Source of the DNA: Pyrinomonadaceae bacterium
GTDB lineage: Bacteria > Acidobacteriota > Blastocatellia > Pyrinomonadales > Pyrinomonadaceae
Reading direction: 5' to 3'
Length of the DNA: 64,000 bases
Assembly: GCA_036388635.1 (NCBI GenBank)
Contig: DASVRL010000422.1
Span: 1,098 to 65,097 of the forward strand
How positions within the stretch are numbered: position 1 is the first letter of the stretch; the number at the start of each line of letters is the position of its first letter. Of this stretch, positions 24,303 through 34,330 are shown in pieces. The notes beneath the pieces were generated by a model that saw nothing but the letters and a program-made list of their open reading frames with translations, searched no databases and was not told the origin of the DNA. The translations under genes and the position numbers were made by a program.

Positions 24303-24884
24303 TCAGCCGATATGCTGCGGCATCGGCAACGGCACGTTGCTATCCTTTTGGCGCGCCGTTTCCAGAAATATCATATCAACTTTCGGCTCGGCTTTTTTTA
24401 TCGTTTCTTCAATTTCCGCAATCGTTTGAATGATTTCGTTATTCGTCAAATCGTCTTTTAGGTTGACGTGAGCGTTGACCAGAATTTGCTTTGGCGCAAG
24501 GTGCATCGTCAACAATTCGACGACATCGACCACGTTTAGATGCGATTTGACGGCTTCGAGGATTTTCGCGCAGTTTTTCGCCGTCGCCGCTTCGCCCAAA
24601 AGAAGTCCACGCGAAGAACGTGCCAGATAGAAAGCGACAATCGCCAGCACGACGCCGATGGTGATGGAAGCGATGCCGTCCCAGAGTCTGCCTTCATACG
24701 GCGGAACGGGATATTGACCCAAAAGCAAGCCGACCGCCGCAATCACAAAGACCTGGTTCGTCGTGTCCGCCAGCGAGTGCAGCGATTCCGCCATCAATCC
24801 CGCCGAGCCGGTGAGCAACGCACCGATAAATTTCAAAATCGTGATTAACCCATTTGCAACTAAAGCGCCTAAAACGGCAAGCAT
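24303..24884 (-). CDS. cation diffusion facilitator-like protein, unusually short
   Basis: It has a CDF TM1-2 signature (ILKFIGALLTGSAGLMAESLHSLADTTNQ) and a C-terminal cytoplasmic domain. At 193 aa it appears to lack the central helices. Confidence 0.6.
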   Translation of the reverse strand: MLAVLGALVANGLITILKFIGALLTGSAGLMAESLHSLADTTNQVFVIAAVGLLLGQYPVPPYEGRLWDGIASITIGVVLAIVAFYLARSSRGLLLGEAATAKNCAKILEAVKSHLNVVDVVELLTMHLAPKQILVNAHVNLKDDLTNNEIIQTIAEIEETIKKAEPKVDMIFLETARQKDSNVPLPMPQHIG

Positions 24885-24951
24885 TCAATAGCTCCTTCTA
24901 ACAAATATAATTTTATTGATTATGTGACAAAAAGAAGGGAAACCGCAAAAA

Positions 24952-25048
24952 GCAAATGCAAAATTCAAAGTGTAAAGTGCAAAATGTCGGGATTTAAGAT
25001 TGAGGATTCAGAATCAAATCGCTTTTTTCATATCGCGTTTTGCGTTTT
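24952..25048. repeat. tandem-unit palindromic element, family C copy 2
   Basis: AAATGCAAAATTCAAAGTGTAAAGTGCAAAATGTCGG (24953-24989) matches 23225-23261 at about 30/37 positions. The right arm CGCGTTTTGCGTTTTGAATC lies near 25033-25052. Confidence 0.7.
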
Positions 25049-25063
25049 GAATCTGGCGTTAAT

Positions 25064-26167
25064 TCAGCTTCTTTTTCTGATTTTGCCGCGCTGGAGAAAG
25101 CCGACCAGCTCGCCGTTTTCGTCAATCACGCCGAGCGCGCCGATGCCGTTGGCGCGCATCAATTCGCGGGCGTCGGCAACGGACGAAGTATTTTCGACAA
25201 AATAATCGGTCGTCACCGGACGCATTATTTCCAAAATCTGTTTTTTATGCCAATCCTCGCGCGGAATCTTTTTCAAATCCGCCAGCGTCAGGACGCCGTA
25301 AAGCTGCCGGTCGCGTGCCACCAGAAAAACGCTCTGGCGATGAACGGGCAAAATATGGTCGATAAAATGCAAAACGCTGGCTTCGGGCGCGACCGCGACC
25401 GGCAGAGTCATCGCTTCTTCGACCGGGAAATTTTCGTTTTTGGAAGCCTGTTTAATAATTCCCGTCGCCGCGTCCAGCAGAAAAAGCCCGACCAGCACCG
25501 TCCAGATTCCGGTAAAAAAATCGCCGCGCAAAAATGAAATATACAATCCGACGCTGATCAGAGCGATAGCGATAATTTGCCCGGCGCGCCCGGTCGTAAT
25601 GGTCGCTTCGTTTAAATCCGTGCCGCGCCGCCACAAAAAAGCGCGCAAAACGCGCCCGCCGTCCAGCGGATAACCCGGAAAAAGATTGAAAATCGCCAGC
25701 AGCATATTGCCGAAAAACAACATCGTCAAGAGCGGCGTGAGAATATCGGTCTGGAGAAAAAGCGAAAGTCCGGCGAGCAGCAAAAACACCAGCGCCAGCA
25801 GAAAACTGGCGAAAGGTCCGGCAATCGCGATGCGAAACTCGGCGCGCGGCGTATCCGGCTCGCGCCGGAAGCGCGCCAGACCGCCGAACGGATGCAGAAC
25901 GATTTCTAAAACCTCGACGCCCTCGCGCCGCGCCGTAAAAGCGTGCGCCAGCTCGTGAAACAGTATCGAAGCAAAAAAAACGAGCGTCGAGATAAAAGCC
26001 AAAACGAGACGAACGGCGAAGTTTTCAATCAGTTCGGCGGGAATATTTACCGCCGTCAAAACGGAAATCAAAATCAAAACGCCAAACCAGCGATAATCGA
26101 CCCGCACGGGAATATCGAAAACGTGCGCGACCAGAAGCTGGCGTTTGGAAAACTCGATTACATTCAT
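25064..26167 (-). CDS. site-2 protease family (M50) metalloprotease with CBS pair
   Basis: It has the HELAHAF (HExxH) motif in a TM helix, multiple TM segments and a second metal-ligand region (PLDGGRV). The C-terminal ~130 aa look like a CBS pair. Confidence 0.85.
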   Translation of the reverse strand: MNVIEFSKRQLLVAHVFDIPVRVDYRWFGVLILISVLTAVNIPAELIENFAVRLVLAFISTLVFFASILFHELAHAFTARREGVEVLEIVLHPFGGLARFRREPDTPRAEFRIAIAGPFASFLLALVFLLLAGLSLFLQTDILTPLLTMLFFGNMLLAIFNLFPGYPLDGGRVLRAFLWRRGTDLNEATITTGRAGQIIAIALISVGLYISFLRGDFFTGIWTVLVGLFLLDAATGIIKQASKNENFPVEEAMTLPVAVAPEASVLHFIDHILPVHRQSVFLVARDRQLYGVLTLADLKKIPREDWHKKQILEIMRPVTTDYFVENTSSVADARELMRANGIGALGVIDENGELVGFLQRGKIRKRS

Positions 26168-26377
26168 CTTTTACTGGTAAGGATAAATTATGAATGAGAT
26201 AAGTCGAAATAGTCTAGCTTCGGTCTATCTTTATAATTTTTATTTGGATTGGAAAATTAATGAAATGCGCGCTGATATTAAGAGGCGGAATTGATGCTAA
26301 ACGATATCTGGCATCAATTCCGCCATAAAGCGGACGACGTATCCGGCGCGTATTTTTATCGTCAGCGCCGTTTGTAT

Positions 26378-26802
26378 CTACGGGACGAACGCCGCCGGAA
26401 TCGGTTTGTCGCCGGTCGCTCCGAATTGGACGGCGCGAAACTGGTTGTTCGAGCTTTGCACTATATACCAGTTTCCGCTGCGGAAAACGGCAATATCGGT
26501 TTTCTCGTCGCCGTCGTAATCGGCTGCCACCGGAATGTCGCTGGCAATTCCGAACTGGATGGCGTGGTGCCCGGACTGAAACGAGCCTGCGACAAAACGG
26601 CGGGAAAAGTCGCATTGAGCGCGCCGTCGCGCAAAGCCGCATCAACCGGCGACGGCAGAAGAAGATTTTGAGATTTGACTGTCGTTTCCGGTGGAAAAAC
26701 AAAAGCCAGCAGCGCCAGCACGACGAGCGCCGCGCGCGAAGAACGCGAAGAAGACGCAGAATAAGCGCCGCGCAAAAATAACTTACTGATTTGATACAAC
26801 AT
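26378..26802 (-). pseudogene. FG-GAP/VCBS-repeat secreted protein, apparent -1/+1 frameshift
   Basis: The signal peptide and first ~75 aa are in one frame (listed ORF 26461..26802). The FG-GAP-type repeats are in another frame ending at 26378-26380 (QFGIASDIPVAADYDGDEKTDIAVFRSGNWYIVQSSNNQFRAVQFGATGDKPIPAAFVP). That frame has no usable start. The frames meet near the AAA run at 26579-26581. Confidence 0.6.
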
Positions 26803-27065
26803 AATTTTAAATATTTTTTTGTTCGTCTGAAATGAGAAAAAGTGAGCTTGTTTTGTGTAACGGCAAGTATATTTTAGATAAATTTTAAAAGCAATCGCTT
26901 TCTTTCAGTGAAGTTACTAAATAAGTGTCGTTAAGATAAATCCCGATGAGTTCGTTTTATGGCGCGAAAAAGTTTCGGCTTACGGTGTGTGAAATTTAAC
27001 CTGCGGCGGAGCTTGCGGATGAAAAAACAATCGTTAAATTTTTCGGATTATTTGTTTTTCTTTTT

Positions 27066-29963
27066 TTATTGATTTTGAGAATTGTCGAGCAGCCAAATGT
27101 CCGATTGATTGGAAAGAGCCGTGTAATAAAGAAGGCGTCCGTCGCGGCTGACGAACGGCGCGCGAATATGTTCGGGCTGGTGTGAAAATATTTCCTTTAT
27201 TTTTTTTGTTTCGGTATCGGCGATGTAAATTTTATTTTCCCGCACGAAAACGAAGCGGCGGCTGTCGGCGAGCCACGACGGAATCATATCGCCGTCGGCG
27301 GGTTCGTCCGAGAGTCGTTCGAGACGTTTTGTTTCCAGCGAATAAAAGCCGACAACGTATTGTTCGAGCGGAAAAACTCCGACGATTTTTTTGCCGTCGG
27401 GCGACCAATCCCAGGTGGTCAGGCGATTTTCGATTTCCGGCGGCAAAACTCTCTGCGGCGATTGCTCCTGCCAGTTTTTTGTTAAATCAATCTGCCACGA
27501 CTGCTTATCGTTCGTGTAAATCAAATGTTTGCCGTCCGGCGACCAATTCGGAAAAGATGAGCCGAGCTTGGGCGTGTATTCAAAAGTGACCTGCCGCAGA
27601 TTGCTGCCGTCGGCGTCGCAAACCCAGATTTCCATTCCGATGTTTCGGTCTGAGGCGAAGGCGATTTGTTTGCCGTCGGGCGACCAGCGCGGGTAACGGT
27701 CAAACGGCGCGTCGTTGGTGATGTCGCGCCAATCGCTGCCGTCGCGGTTGACGACCACGATGTCGTCCTGCGTGCGCCGCCTCTGGTGCATCACGAACTG
27801 CCTGCCGTCGGGCGACAATTCCGCCCGCACGATGACGCGGTCGCCGCGCGTTATCCAAAACCAATCGCCGACGGTTCGCTCGTTCAGCGAATCGAACTCG
27901 ACGCCCTGAATGTTCGATTGACTGTCGGTCTGCACGTAAATCATCCGCTTTCCGTCGCGCGAAAAATTCAGATGGCGGCTGTATTTCGAAGGCGAAACAA
28001 TCGGTTCCGGCGCTGAAAGGGCTTCGCCGGTCGTCTGGTCAATCGCCACGCGCCAGAAATTCAAGTTCCCGTTTTTATCGGAAACGAAATACAAAAACTT
28101 TCCGTCCGGCGACCAGACCGGATTCCAGTTCGACGTGGCAAAATCCTTGGTAATAACGACCGGTTCGCCGCCGCCCGCCGGAATTGTGGCGATGTCGCGG
28201 CGCGCTAAAGTTTCCGGATAATACCAGTACGCGATGCGTTTTCCGTTCGGCGACCAGGCGGGAAACGTCGCTTCTTCTTTGAGCAATTCGCGTTTGGCTC
28301 CGGTTTCGACGTTAATAATCCATAAGCCGTTATTGTGTCCGCTGCGGACGTTCGGCGCGGAAAGTCCGAACGTCCCGACGACGATTTCCGTGCCGTCCGG
28401 CGACCACGAAGGCTGATAACCGAAATCGGCGACGCGACGCTGGTTTTCGCCCGACGCGCCCATAACATATATGCCTTCCGGCTCGCGCTCGGAACGAAAG
28501 GCGATTTGCTCGCCGTTCGGCGAAAAAGCGGGCTGCGTGTCGTCGGCTGGCGAATCTTTTGTTAAGTTTGTCGCGTTTTTTCCGCCGACGCGCTGAATGT
28601 AAACGTCAAATTTCCCGCCTGTCTCTGCGGCATAAACAAAGGATTTGCCGTCGGGCGAGAGCGCCGGAAAATATTCCGTCCCCTGCCGGTCGGTCAGCTG
28701 GATGTTCGTCGCTTTGCTCCAATCAATCGCGGCGGTTTGATTTTGCCGAAAGACAAAAAACCAGATGCCCGCCGCGCCGATTAAAGCCAAAAGAAAAACG
28801 CCGAGCGCCGGAATCAGATAATTTCTCCGCGTCTTCTCTGCGGCTTCTTCGCGTGTGCCGCGCGTTCCGCTTGCGCTTTCGAGCGAAGGTGACGAATCAA
28901 TCTCGCGGCGGACGCGCTTCAAATCGGCGCGCAGGTCCGACGCGCTTTGATAGGAAAGCTCCGCGTCCTTTTCCAGAGCTTTGCTTAAAATTCTATCGAG
29001 CTCGGCTGGCAGATTCGGTTTGAGTTCGGTAACAGGCGGCGGCTCTTCGGATAAGATTTTTTGAAACGTCGATTGCCGCGTTTCGCCTTTGAACGGATTG
29101 ACGCCCGTCAGCATTTCGTATAAACAGACGCTGATGCTCCATAAATCCGTGCGATGGTCGACGCGGTCGTCCGCAACCTGTTCGGGCGACATATAGGCGG
29201 GCGTGCCCATAATGATACCTTTCTGCGTGTAGTTTGAAAGGCTTTGCTGAAATTCGGTATTTTCGACGAGCTTTGCCAGACCGAAATCCAGGACTTTGAC
29301 GTAACCGTCCGGGCGCAGCATTATATTTTCCGGCTTAATGTCGCGGTGAATGATTCCGGCTTTGTGCGCGGCTGAAAGCGCTTCGCAGGTTTGCGAGACG
29401 ACCGAAAGCGTCCGTTTGAGCTGAGCGCCGCGATTTATCAAATCTCTGACCGTTTCGCCTTCGACGTATTCGGTGGCGATATAATTGATTCCGTCCGCGC
29501 TGCCGACATCGTGAATCGTCACGATATACGGGTGATTCAGAGCCGAAACGGCAAGCGCCTCGCGCTCGAAACGTTTGACTCTTTCCTCGTCCGTCAGAAA
29601 TTCGGCGGGCAAGATTTTCAGCGCGACCTTGCGGTTTAATTTCGAATCGAGCGCCAGATAAACTTCGCCCATACCGCCCGCGCCGATCGGCTTTTCTATT
29701 TTATATGTCCCGAATTGCCTGCCGACGAGCGAAAAATGCGCGTCGCCCGCTTCTTCGGCGAGTTCCCGCGCCATCAGCTTCATCGCCGAATTTTCCATAA
29801 ACTCTTCCGCTTCGGCTTGGGCTTCTAATAAGCCCAGAACTTCGGTCTTTAATTCGACGTCGGCGCCGCATCTTTCCGACAAAAACGCTTCGCGCCCGGC
29901 GCCTGGAATCTCCAGCGCCTCGGCGAAAATCTCGTCAATTTGTCTGTAACGGGCGGCATTCAT
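27066..29963 (-). CDS. Ser/Thr protein kinase with TM segment and C-terminal TolB-like PD40 beta-propeller repeats
   Basis: The kinase motifs are HRDIKPENIML, DFGLAK and GTPAYMSPEQ. There is one TM helix (LIPALGVFLLALIGAAGIWFFVF). Repeated PD40-type units (SPDGK.. / WSPDG..) follow. Confidence 0.9.
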   Translation of the reverse strand: MNAARYRQIDEIFAEALEIPGAGREAFLSERCGADVELKTEVLGLLEAQAEAEEFMENSAMKLMARELAEEAGDAHFSLVGRQFGTYKIEKPIGAGGMGEVYLALDSKLNRKVALKILPAEFLTDEERVKRFEREALAVSALNHPYIVTIHDVGSADGINYIATEYVEGETVRDLINRGAQLKRTLSVVSQTCEALSAAHKAGIIHRDIKPENIMLRPDGYVKVLDFGLAKLVENTEFQQSLSNYTQKGIIMGTPAYMSPEQVADDRVDHRTDLWSISVCLYEMLTGVNPFKGETRQSTFQKILSEEPPPVTELKPNLPAELDRILSKALEKDAELSYQSASDLRADLKRVRREIDSSPSLESASGTRGTREEAAEKTRRNYLIPALGVFLLALIGAAGIWFFVFRQNQTAAIDWSKATNIQLTDRQGTEYFPALSPDGKSFVYAAETGGKFDVYIQRVGGKNATNLTKDSPADDTQPAFSPNGEQIAFRSEREPEGIYVMGASGENQRRVADFGYQPSWSPDGTEIVVGTFGLSAPNVRSGHNNGLWIINVETGAKRELLKEEATFPAWSPNGKRIAYWYYPETLARRDIATIPAGGGEPVVITKDFATSNWNPVWSPDGKFLYFVSDKNGNLNFWRVAIDQTTGEALSAPEPIVSPSKYSRHLNFSRDGKRMIYVQTDSQSNIQGVEFDSLNERTVGDWFWITRGDRVIVRAELSPDGRQFVMHQRRRTQDDIVVVNRDGSDWRDITNDAPFDRYPRWSPDGKQIAFASDRNIGMEIWVCDADGSNLRQVTFEYTPKLGSSFPNWSPDGKHLIYTNDKQSWQIDLTKNWQEQSPQRVLPPEIENRLTTWDWSPDGKKIVGVFPLEQYVVGFYSLETKRLERLSDEPADGDMIPSWLADSRRFVFVRENKIYIADTETKKIKEIFSHQPEHIRAPFVSRDGRLLYYTALSNQSDIWLLDNSQNQ

Positions 29964-29966
29964 CCT

Positions 29967-30527
29967 TTATGTCTGACTCAGTTCACGATAAAGCCACGCT
30001 TTTGCCCTCGACCATTCGCGCATTACCGTGACGCCGGAGATTTTCAGGACTTCCGCCGTTTCTTCGACGCTCAATCCGCCGAAAAATTTCATCTCGACAA
30101 TTTTCGCTTTGCGCTCGTCCCAATCGGCGAGTTTGTTTAAGGCTTCGTCGAGCGCGACTAAATCGGCGGACTTCGCGGTTAGGTTAAAGGCTTCGTCCAA
30201 AGAAATCTGCTGCATTTTGCCGTCTTTCGATTTTGGTCGGCGGCGGGCGAAATCAACCAGAATTTTTCTCATTAAATTTGCCGAAACGCCGAAAAAATGC
30301 GCCCGATTTTCCCACCGGACGGCTTTCCAATCAATCAGGCGCAGATATGCTTCGTTGACCAGCGCGGTCGTTTGCAGCGTGTGCCCGTCGCGCTCGCGGC
30401 GCATATAGCTTTTGGCTAAGCGGTGCAGCTCGGCGTAAATCATCGGCGTTAATTCTTCGAGCGCGGCAGCGTCGCCGCCGCTCCATTTTTTGAGGAGTTC
30501 GGTTACGTTTGGATTCTCTGAAGCCAT
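29967..30527 (-). CDS. ECF-type sigma-70 factor of the Ser/Thr-kinase-associated class
   Basis: The N-terminus is VTELLKKWSGGDAAALEELTPMIYAELHRLAKSYMRRERDGHTLQTTALVNEAYLRL. The region 4 HTH is GGLSVEETAEVLKISGVTVMREW. Its stop lies 3 nt before the kinase start. Confidence 0.85.
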   Translation of the reverse strand: MASENPNVTELLKKWSGGDAAALEELTPMIYAELHRLAKSYMRRERDGHTLQTTALVNEAYLRLIDWKAVRWENRAHFFGVSANLMRKILVDFARRRPKSKDGKMQQISLDEAFNLTAKSADLVALDEALNKLADWDERKAKIVEMKFFGGLSVEETAEVLKISGVTVMREWSRAKAWLYRELSQT

Positions 30528-30763
30528 TTTCGCTTATGAATTCGACGGTCAAAATGAGGAAACGCGCTCGAAACAAGTGTCTTGTTTATCGTAATTACGC
30601 ACTGGAGTTCGCGCGCGTTTCGGCAAAAACTAAAAATTCAATTTAACACAGTCGAGGCGAAACGAAAAATATTTTTTCTCCGGCGTGATAGGTTTTGGCG
30701 AACTCCGACGCCATAGCTATCGAACGGCGGAAAACGCGCCGAATTTATACAAAGGAGTTAATT

Positions 30764-32044
30764 ATGAAAAATCTAAAATTTTTAATCGCGTTGATAGTTT
30801 TCGGATTGCTGCTCAATCCGACCATCGCTCCGGCTCAGACGGTCGGATTAAACACGCAGGCAGATACAATTAAATTCGACAAAGGAAGTTTTGAAACGGT
30901 AATCAAAAGAAATTTTGACCGCAGAGTGATGGGCTATCAGGTCATTTTGCTGAAAAAAGGGCAAATCGTTTCCGAGCTGGCTGACGGGCTGGCGCGCAAC
31001 CCGGCTGACGGCAACGTGAAAATGACCGTCAACACGCCCGCCAATATCGGCAGCACGGTGAAATTTTTCGGCGGCACGGCGCTGCTGCAAAAGTTTCAAA
31101 AAAACAACGAAATGGACGCGTGGCTAGACAAAGAAGTATACAAATATTTTCCCCAAATCTGGCAGGATGAAATGCACTTCAGCATCAAGCAAATCAAGTT
31201 TCGGGATTTGCTTCAGCACAAAGGCGGCTTTATCCACAACGACCCGGACCCGAGTATTAAAGTTTATTTCGATTACCTGAGAAAAGGCGTGACCAGCGAC
31301 CAGACCCAAACCTACGCCTACGGCAAAAGAAACTACGCCAACGCCAACATTACGACCATCGGTTATGTGCTGGCGGCGATTAATAATCCGTTGCTTTTAA
31401 ATATGGTCAATAAAAAAATCGCCGACAAAAATCTCAAAGCCAATGACCCGGAAATCCAAGCTTTATTGGGTCAGAGTTTTGAAAATTATATGAAAGCGAA
31501 AATTTTCAGCCAGATAAATCCGGCGATTTCGCCGAGCTGCGACGCGCCGAACGAATACCCGAAGAAAAACATCGTTTACGCGAAAATGTATAACCTGCCG
31601 ACGACGGCGACGGCGGGCGGCGAATACTCTTCAAAAACCAACGGCGGCGCGTGTCACGCGGCTGGCGGCTGGTATATTACGGGGCGCGAGCTGGCGGCGT
31701 ATGTGGCAAATTACGCTGCGTCCGACGAGATTGTTACGACGGCGACGCGCGATTTGATGTTTGACGACGATGCGGCGCAAGAGCGTCTGGTTTGGTCTAT
31801 GATCGAGCCTGACGGCAGTCTTCTGAAAAACTTCGGCTGGAACACTTCGCCTTATATGGGCGGCGACCACCCGGTCGGAACGAGCAAAGCGCACGCCACG
31901 ATAGTCAAGCTGCCGAATGATTATTACGCCGTCGGAATCATCAATTCCGATATTTTGAACAACCAGGGACAAGCCGGCGGTTCCAGGCTTCTGACGCAGA
32001 ATATCATCGAAGCGTTTAAAGCCGGCGTTGCCGCGAATTTTTAA
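30764..32044 (+). CDS. secreted serine hydrolase (beta-lactamase/transpeptidase-like fold)
   Basis: The ATG at 30764 has AAAGGAG upstream. It has a signal peptide and an S-x-x-K motif (IGSTVK). Confidence 0.65.
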   Translation: MKNLKFLIALIVFGLLLNPTIAPAQTVGLNTQADTIKFDKGSFETVIKRNFDRRVMGYQVILLKKGQIVSELADGLARNPADGNVKMTVNTPANIGSTVKFFGGTALLQKFQKNNEMDAWLDKEVYKYFPQIWQDEMHFSIKQIKFRDLLQHKGGFIHNDPDPSIKVYFDYLRKGVTSDQTQTYAYGKRNYANANITTIGYVLAAINNPLLLNMVNKKIADKNLKANDPEIQALLGQSFENYMKAKIFSQINPAISPSCDAPNEYPKKNIVYAKMYNLPTTATAGGEYSSKTNGGACHAAGGWYITGRELAAYVANYAASDEIVTTATRDLMFDDDAAQERLVWSMIEPDGSLLKNFGWNTSPYMGGDHPVGTSKAHATIVKLPNDYYAVGIINSDILNNQGQAGGSRLLTQNIIEAFKAGVAANF

Positions 32045-32224
32045 CGGCAGGTAAAGCGCAAAGGAAATAGAGCGTCGATAACACGGATAAATCAGATTTA
32101 CACTGATTTTAGCTCTAAGCTAAAGCCCCGTTAAGACGAAACCGAGTTATGACCCAAAGCGCGCATTATTTATCAAGAGAATTATAATCTCACTCGATTT
32201 GAAGTGAATTTTCAATTTTCCAAA

Positions 32225-32258
32225 AGAAGGCTTCGCACTATTTTCGGCGAAGCCTTCT
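32225..32258 (+). terminator. putative terminator hairpin nested in AT-rich inverted repeats
   Basis: The 12-bp stem is AGAAGGCTTCGC (32225-32236) pairing with GCGAAGCCTTCT (32247-32258). An outer inverted pair, TTTTCAATTTT (32209-32219) with AAAATTGAAAA (32270-32280), flanks it. The T-run is weak. Confidence 0.5.
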
Positions 32259-32579
32259 TATTAAAATTTAAAATTGAAAAACATAAAACACAATTTTATC
32301 TGACAAAAGCGCCAGGCGCCGGCATATGCCCGTTCGTGCCGAACTGAAAGATTGAAAAATAAGGGCAAACAAAATAATCTGTCTCATATAAGTTCCTACT
32401 CAATATCGGAGCGCAATATAATAGAAGAAGGAGCCGCCGGACAAAATAGTTTGTGATTAGATTAGTTAAAATGCAGTAGTTAAGAATTTAATCGGACAGT
32501 TAAGTTATTTCCGGTAGAAATCCAGGTAAATAAATAGTCTCAAAAACCGCGCTTTTGGAGACGGCTAAGATAAAGAAAA

Positions 32580-33086
32580 ATGAAAGATAATAAAAAGGAC
32601 AAAAAGATTCGCCGGTTAATGGGCATTGCGTTGTGGCTGGTTATTACTGCGGCAACCGGTTTTGAGCAATCAATCTTCGCCCAATCGAACGACAAATCCG
32701 AAACGCCGAAAGCGGATGCCGTCGTCTACGTTTACCGTTACAAGCAGTTTATCGGCTACACGGTCGAACCGTCCGTTTATTGTAACGAAGTGCAGCTCGC
32801 CCGCATGGATAACGGACGTTATTTCAAGGTCGTTCTCAGTCCCGGCACATATACTTTTCGCTCAAACGATAAGCAATCCGGTATCGAGATGGAATTGAAA
32901 AGCGGCGAGCAGTATTATATGAGAGTAGAAATAGCGCAGGGTTTATGGAAGCAATACGGCAGACTTGTCCTGATGGCGAAGGAACAGGGTTCCTACGAAA
33001 TCAAAAAGCTGAAACCGCTCGGCAAAAATAAAATCAAAGACCATAAAAGGGTTGTCGTCGTCGACGACGAGCAAAAACAGAAATAA
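32580..33086 (+). CDS. DUF2846-like membrane-anchored protein
   Basis: It has a signal anchor, then VVYVYRYKQFIGYTVEPSVYCNEVQLARMDNGRYFKVVLSPGTYTFRS. This pattern is typical of DUF2846. Confidence 0.6.
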   Translation: MKDNKKDKKIRRLMGIALWLVITAATGFEQSIFAQSNDKSETPKADAVVYVYRYKQFIGYTVEPSVYCNEVQLARMDNGRYFKVVLSPGTYTFRSNDKQSGIEMELKSGEQYYMRVEIAQGLWKQYGRLVLMAKEQGSYEIKKLKPLGKNKIKDHKRVVVVDDEQKQK

Positions 33087-33190
33087 CAATCAAGCCGCCT
33101 CTCCAAAACGATGCTTTTCGAGACCTTCTTCAACGATAGTTTTCACCGGATTTTACCTCTGAAAACCGCTTCGAGATAAAGTAGATTCTG

Positions 33191-33385
33191 ATGATTGAAT
33201 ATACGATTTATTGCGACGTTTGCGGAGAAATGATTGACATTCAGTCGGGAAGCGCTCGCCAAGCCAGAAAAAAAGCCAAAGCAAAACGATTACTCGTTCG
33301 CATTCTTCGCAAAGACTATTGCCCGAAATGCGCCGAGAAACTTCAAAATGAAGGAGAAATTGACAGCTCTCCGGCGAACAATTAA
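33191..33385 (+). CDS. small zinc-ribbon protein
   Basis: 64 aa with CDVCG...CPKC (CxxC x2) and a basic middle. Confidence 0.45.
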   Translation: MIEYTIYCDVCGEMIDIQSGSARQARKKAKAKRLLVRILRKDYCPKCAEKLQNEGEIDSSPANN

Positions 33386-33668
33386 ACGCGGGAAAGCGGC
33401 GCCGGCGAGTAGCTAATCAGTTTTAAAATACTTTTTAAAAATTTTATGACGCAGTAAAAAGTAGTATTATTTGTGTCAGGTGTCGGAAACGACTCTTTCT
33501 GAGATTGAAGAGAGACGGGAAAAAAGAAAAGATTAGCTGAAACGGATGCTTGAGTCTTTTCCGGGTAGTCGCTTTTGAAATCTTTCCGCCGAAATATAAT
33601 ACTCTGTGTCGCGGCTGGTGATAATCAAAGTTTGAGAAATCAGGGCAAACGGGTGTATAAAAATTATA

Positions 33669-34106
33669 ATGCTCAGCAATCGGACAGAAGACAATTTCGT
33701 TTCTAAAGACACGTCGAACGAATCGGTGATGAGCTGGACAATCGACTATGAAGATGACCGCCGTTTCGTGCGGGTCGTCGCGCGCGGCGTTTACAATATC
33801 GACGACCATATGCGGATGCTCGAAGATGTCGTGACGCGCGATTTCTGGACGCCCGGAATAAACCTGTTGCTTGACGAATCGAATCTCGACTATAGAGGCA
33901 TCACCCTCGAACAACTGCGCGAAGCCGCCGCCAGGCGAGTCAGTTTTGACGCGCGCATCGGGAGCAGCAAAACAGCCGTCGTGCTTAACTCGCTGACCGA
34001 CTTTGCCCGTGCTCGCCAATACGAATTGATTACGAGCGGAAAAATATCGGCGAAAATAGAAATTTTCCGCCAGGCAGACAAAGCCCTCGAATGGCTGCTC
34101 GCTTGA
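33669..34106 (+). CDS. hypothetical protein, STAS/SpoIIAA-like appearance
   Basis: The composition is globular and ends in a ...IEIFRQADKALEWLLA motif common in STAS-like small domains. The start may be the ATG at 33729 (MSWTIDY). The overlapping 249-aa minus-strand ORF looks like a shadow ORF. Confidence 0.5.
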   Translation: MLSNRTEDNFVSKDTSNESVMSWTIDYEDDRRFVRVVARGVYNIDDHMRMLEDVVTRDFWTPGINLLLDESNLDYRGITLEQLREAAARRVSFDARIGSSKTAVVLNSLTDFARARQYELITSGKISAKIEIFRQADKALEWLLA

Positions 34107-34330
34107 TTTCCGTGAGCGGTCGATTGTTGTTTCGCTTAAAATAAAATAAGAATCTCTGATAAAACGTCTCGAAAACGCCCGATTAAAACACAATCTGAAC
34201 AGTTTTTCAGAAACGACGACGCTTTTGAAACTGCCGAAGTAAATTTGCCGACGGCGCGCTGAATTCAGAGTTTTCTCGATGCTATTCGGAATTTATCGAT
34301 AGTCCGACCGGAGAAGCAACAAAAAATCTT

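Noticed and set aside
26214-26702. A 162-aa minus-strand ORF rich in Arg
   Set aside because: It is the third-frame artefact across the frameshifted FG-GAP gene. The frame containing DYDGDEKTDIAVFR repeats is the biologically sensible one.
33444-34193. A 249-aa minus-strand ORF covering the STAS-like gene, and a 184-aa minus-strand ORF at 34265..34819
   Set aside because: Both are Arg/Phe-rich, with no motifs and no RBS. The plus-strand ORFs have more globular composition. Strand assignment here remains only moderately confident.
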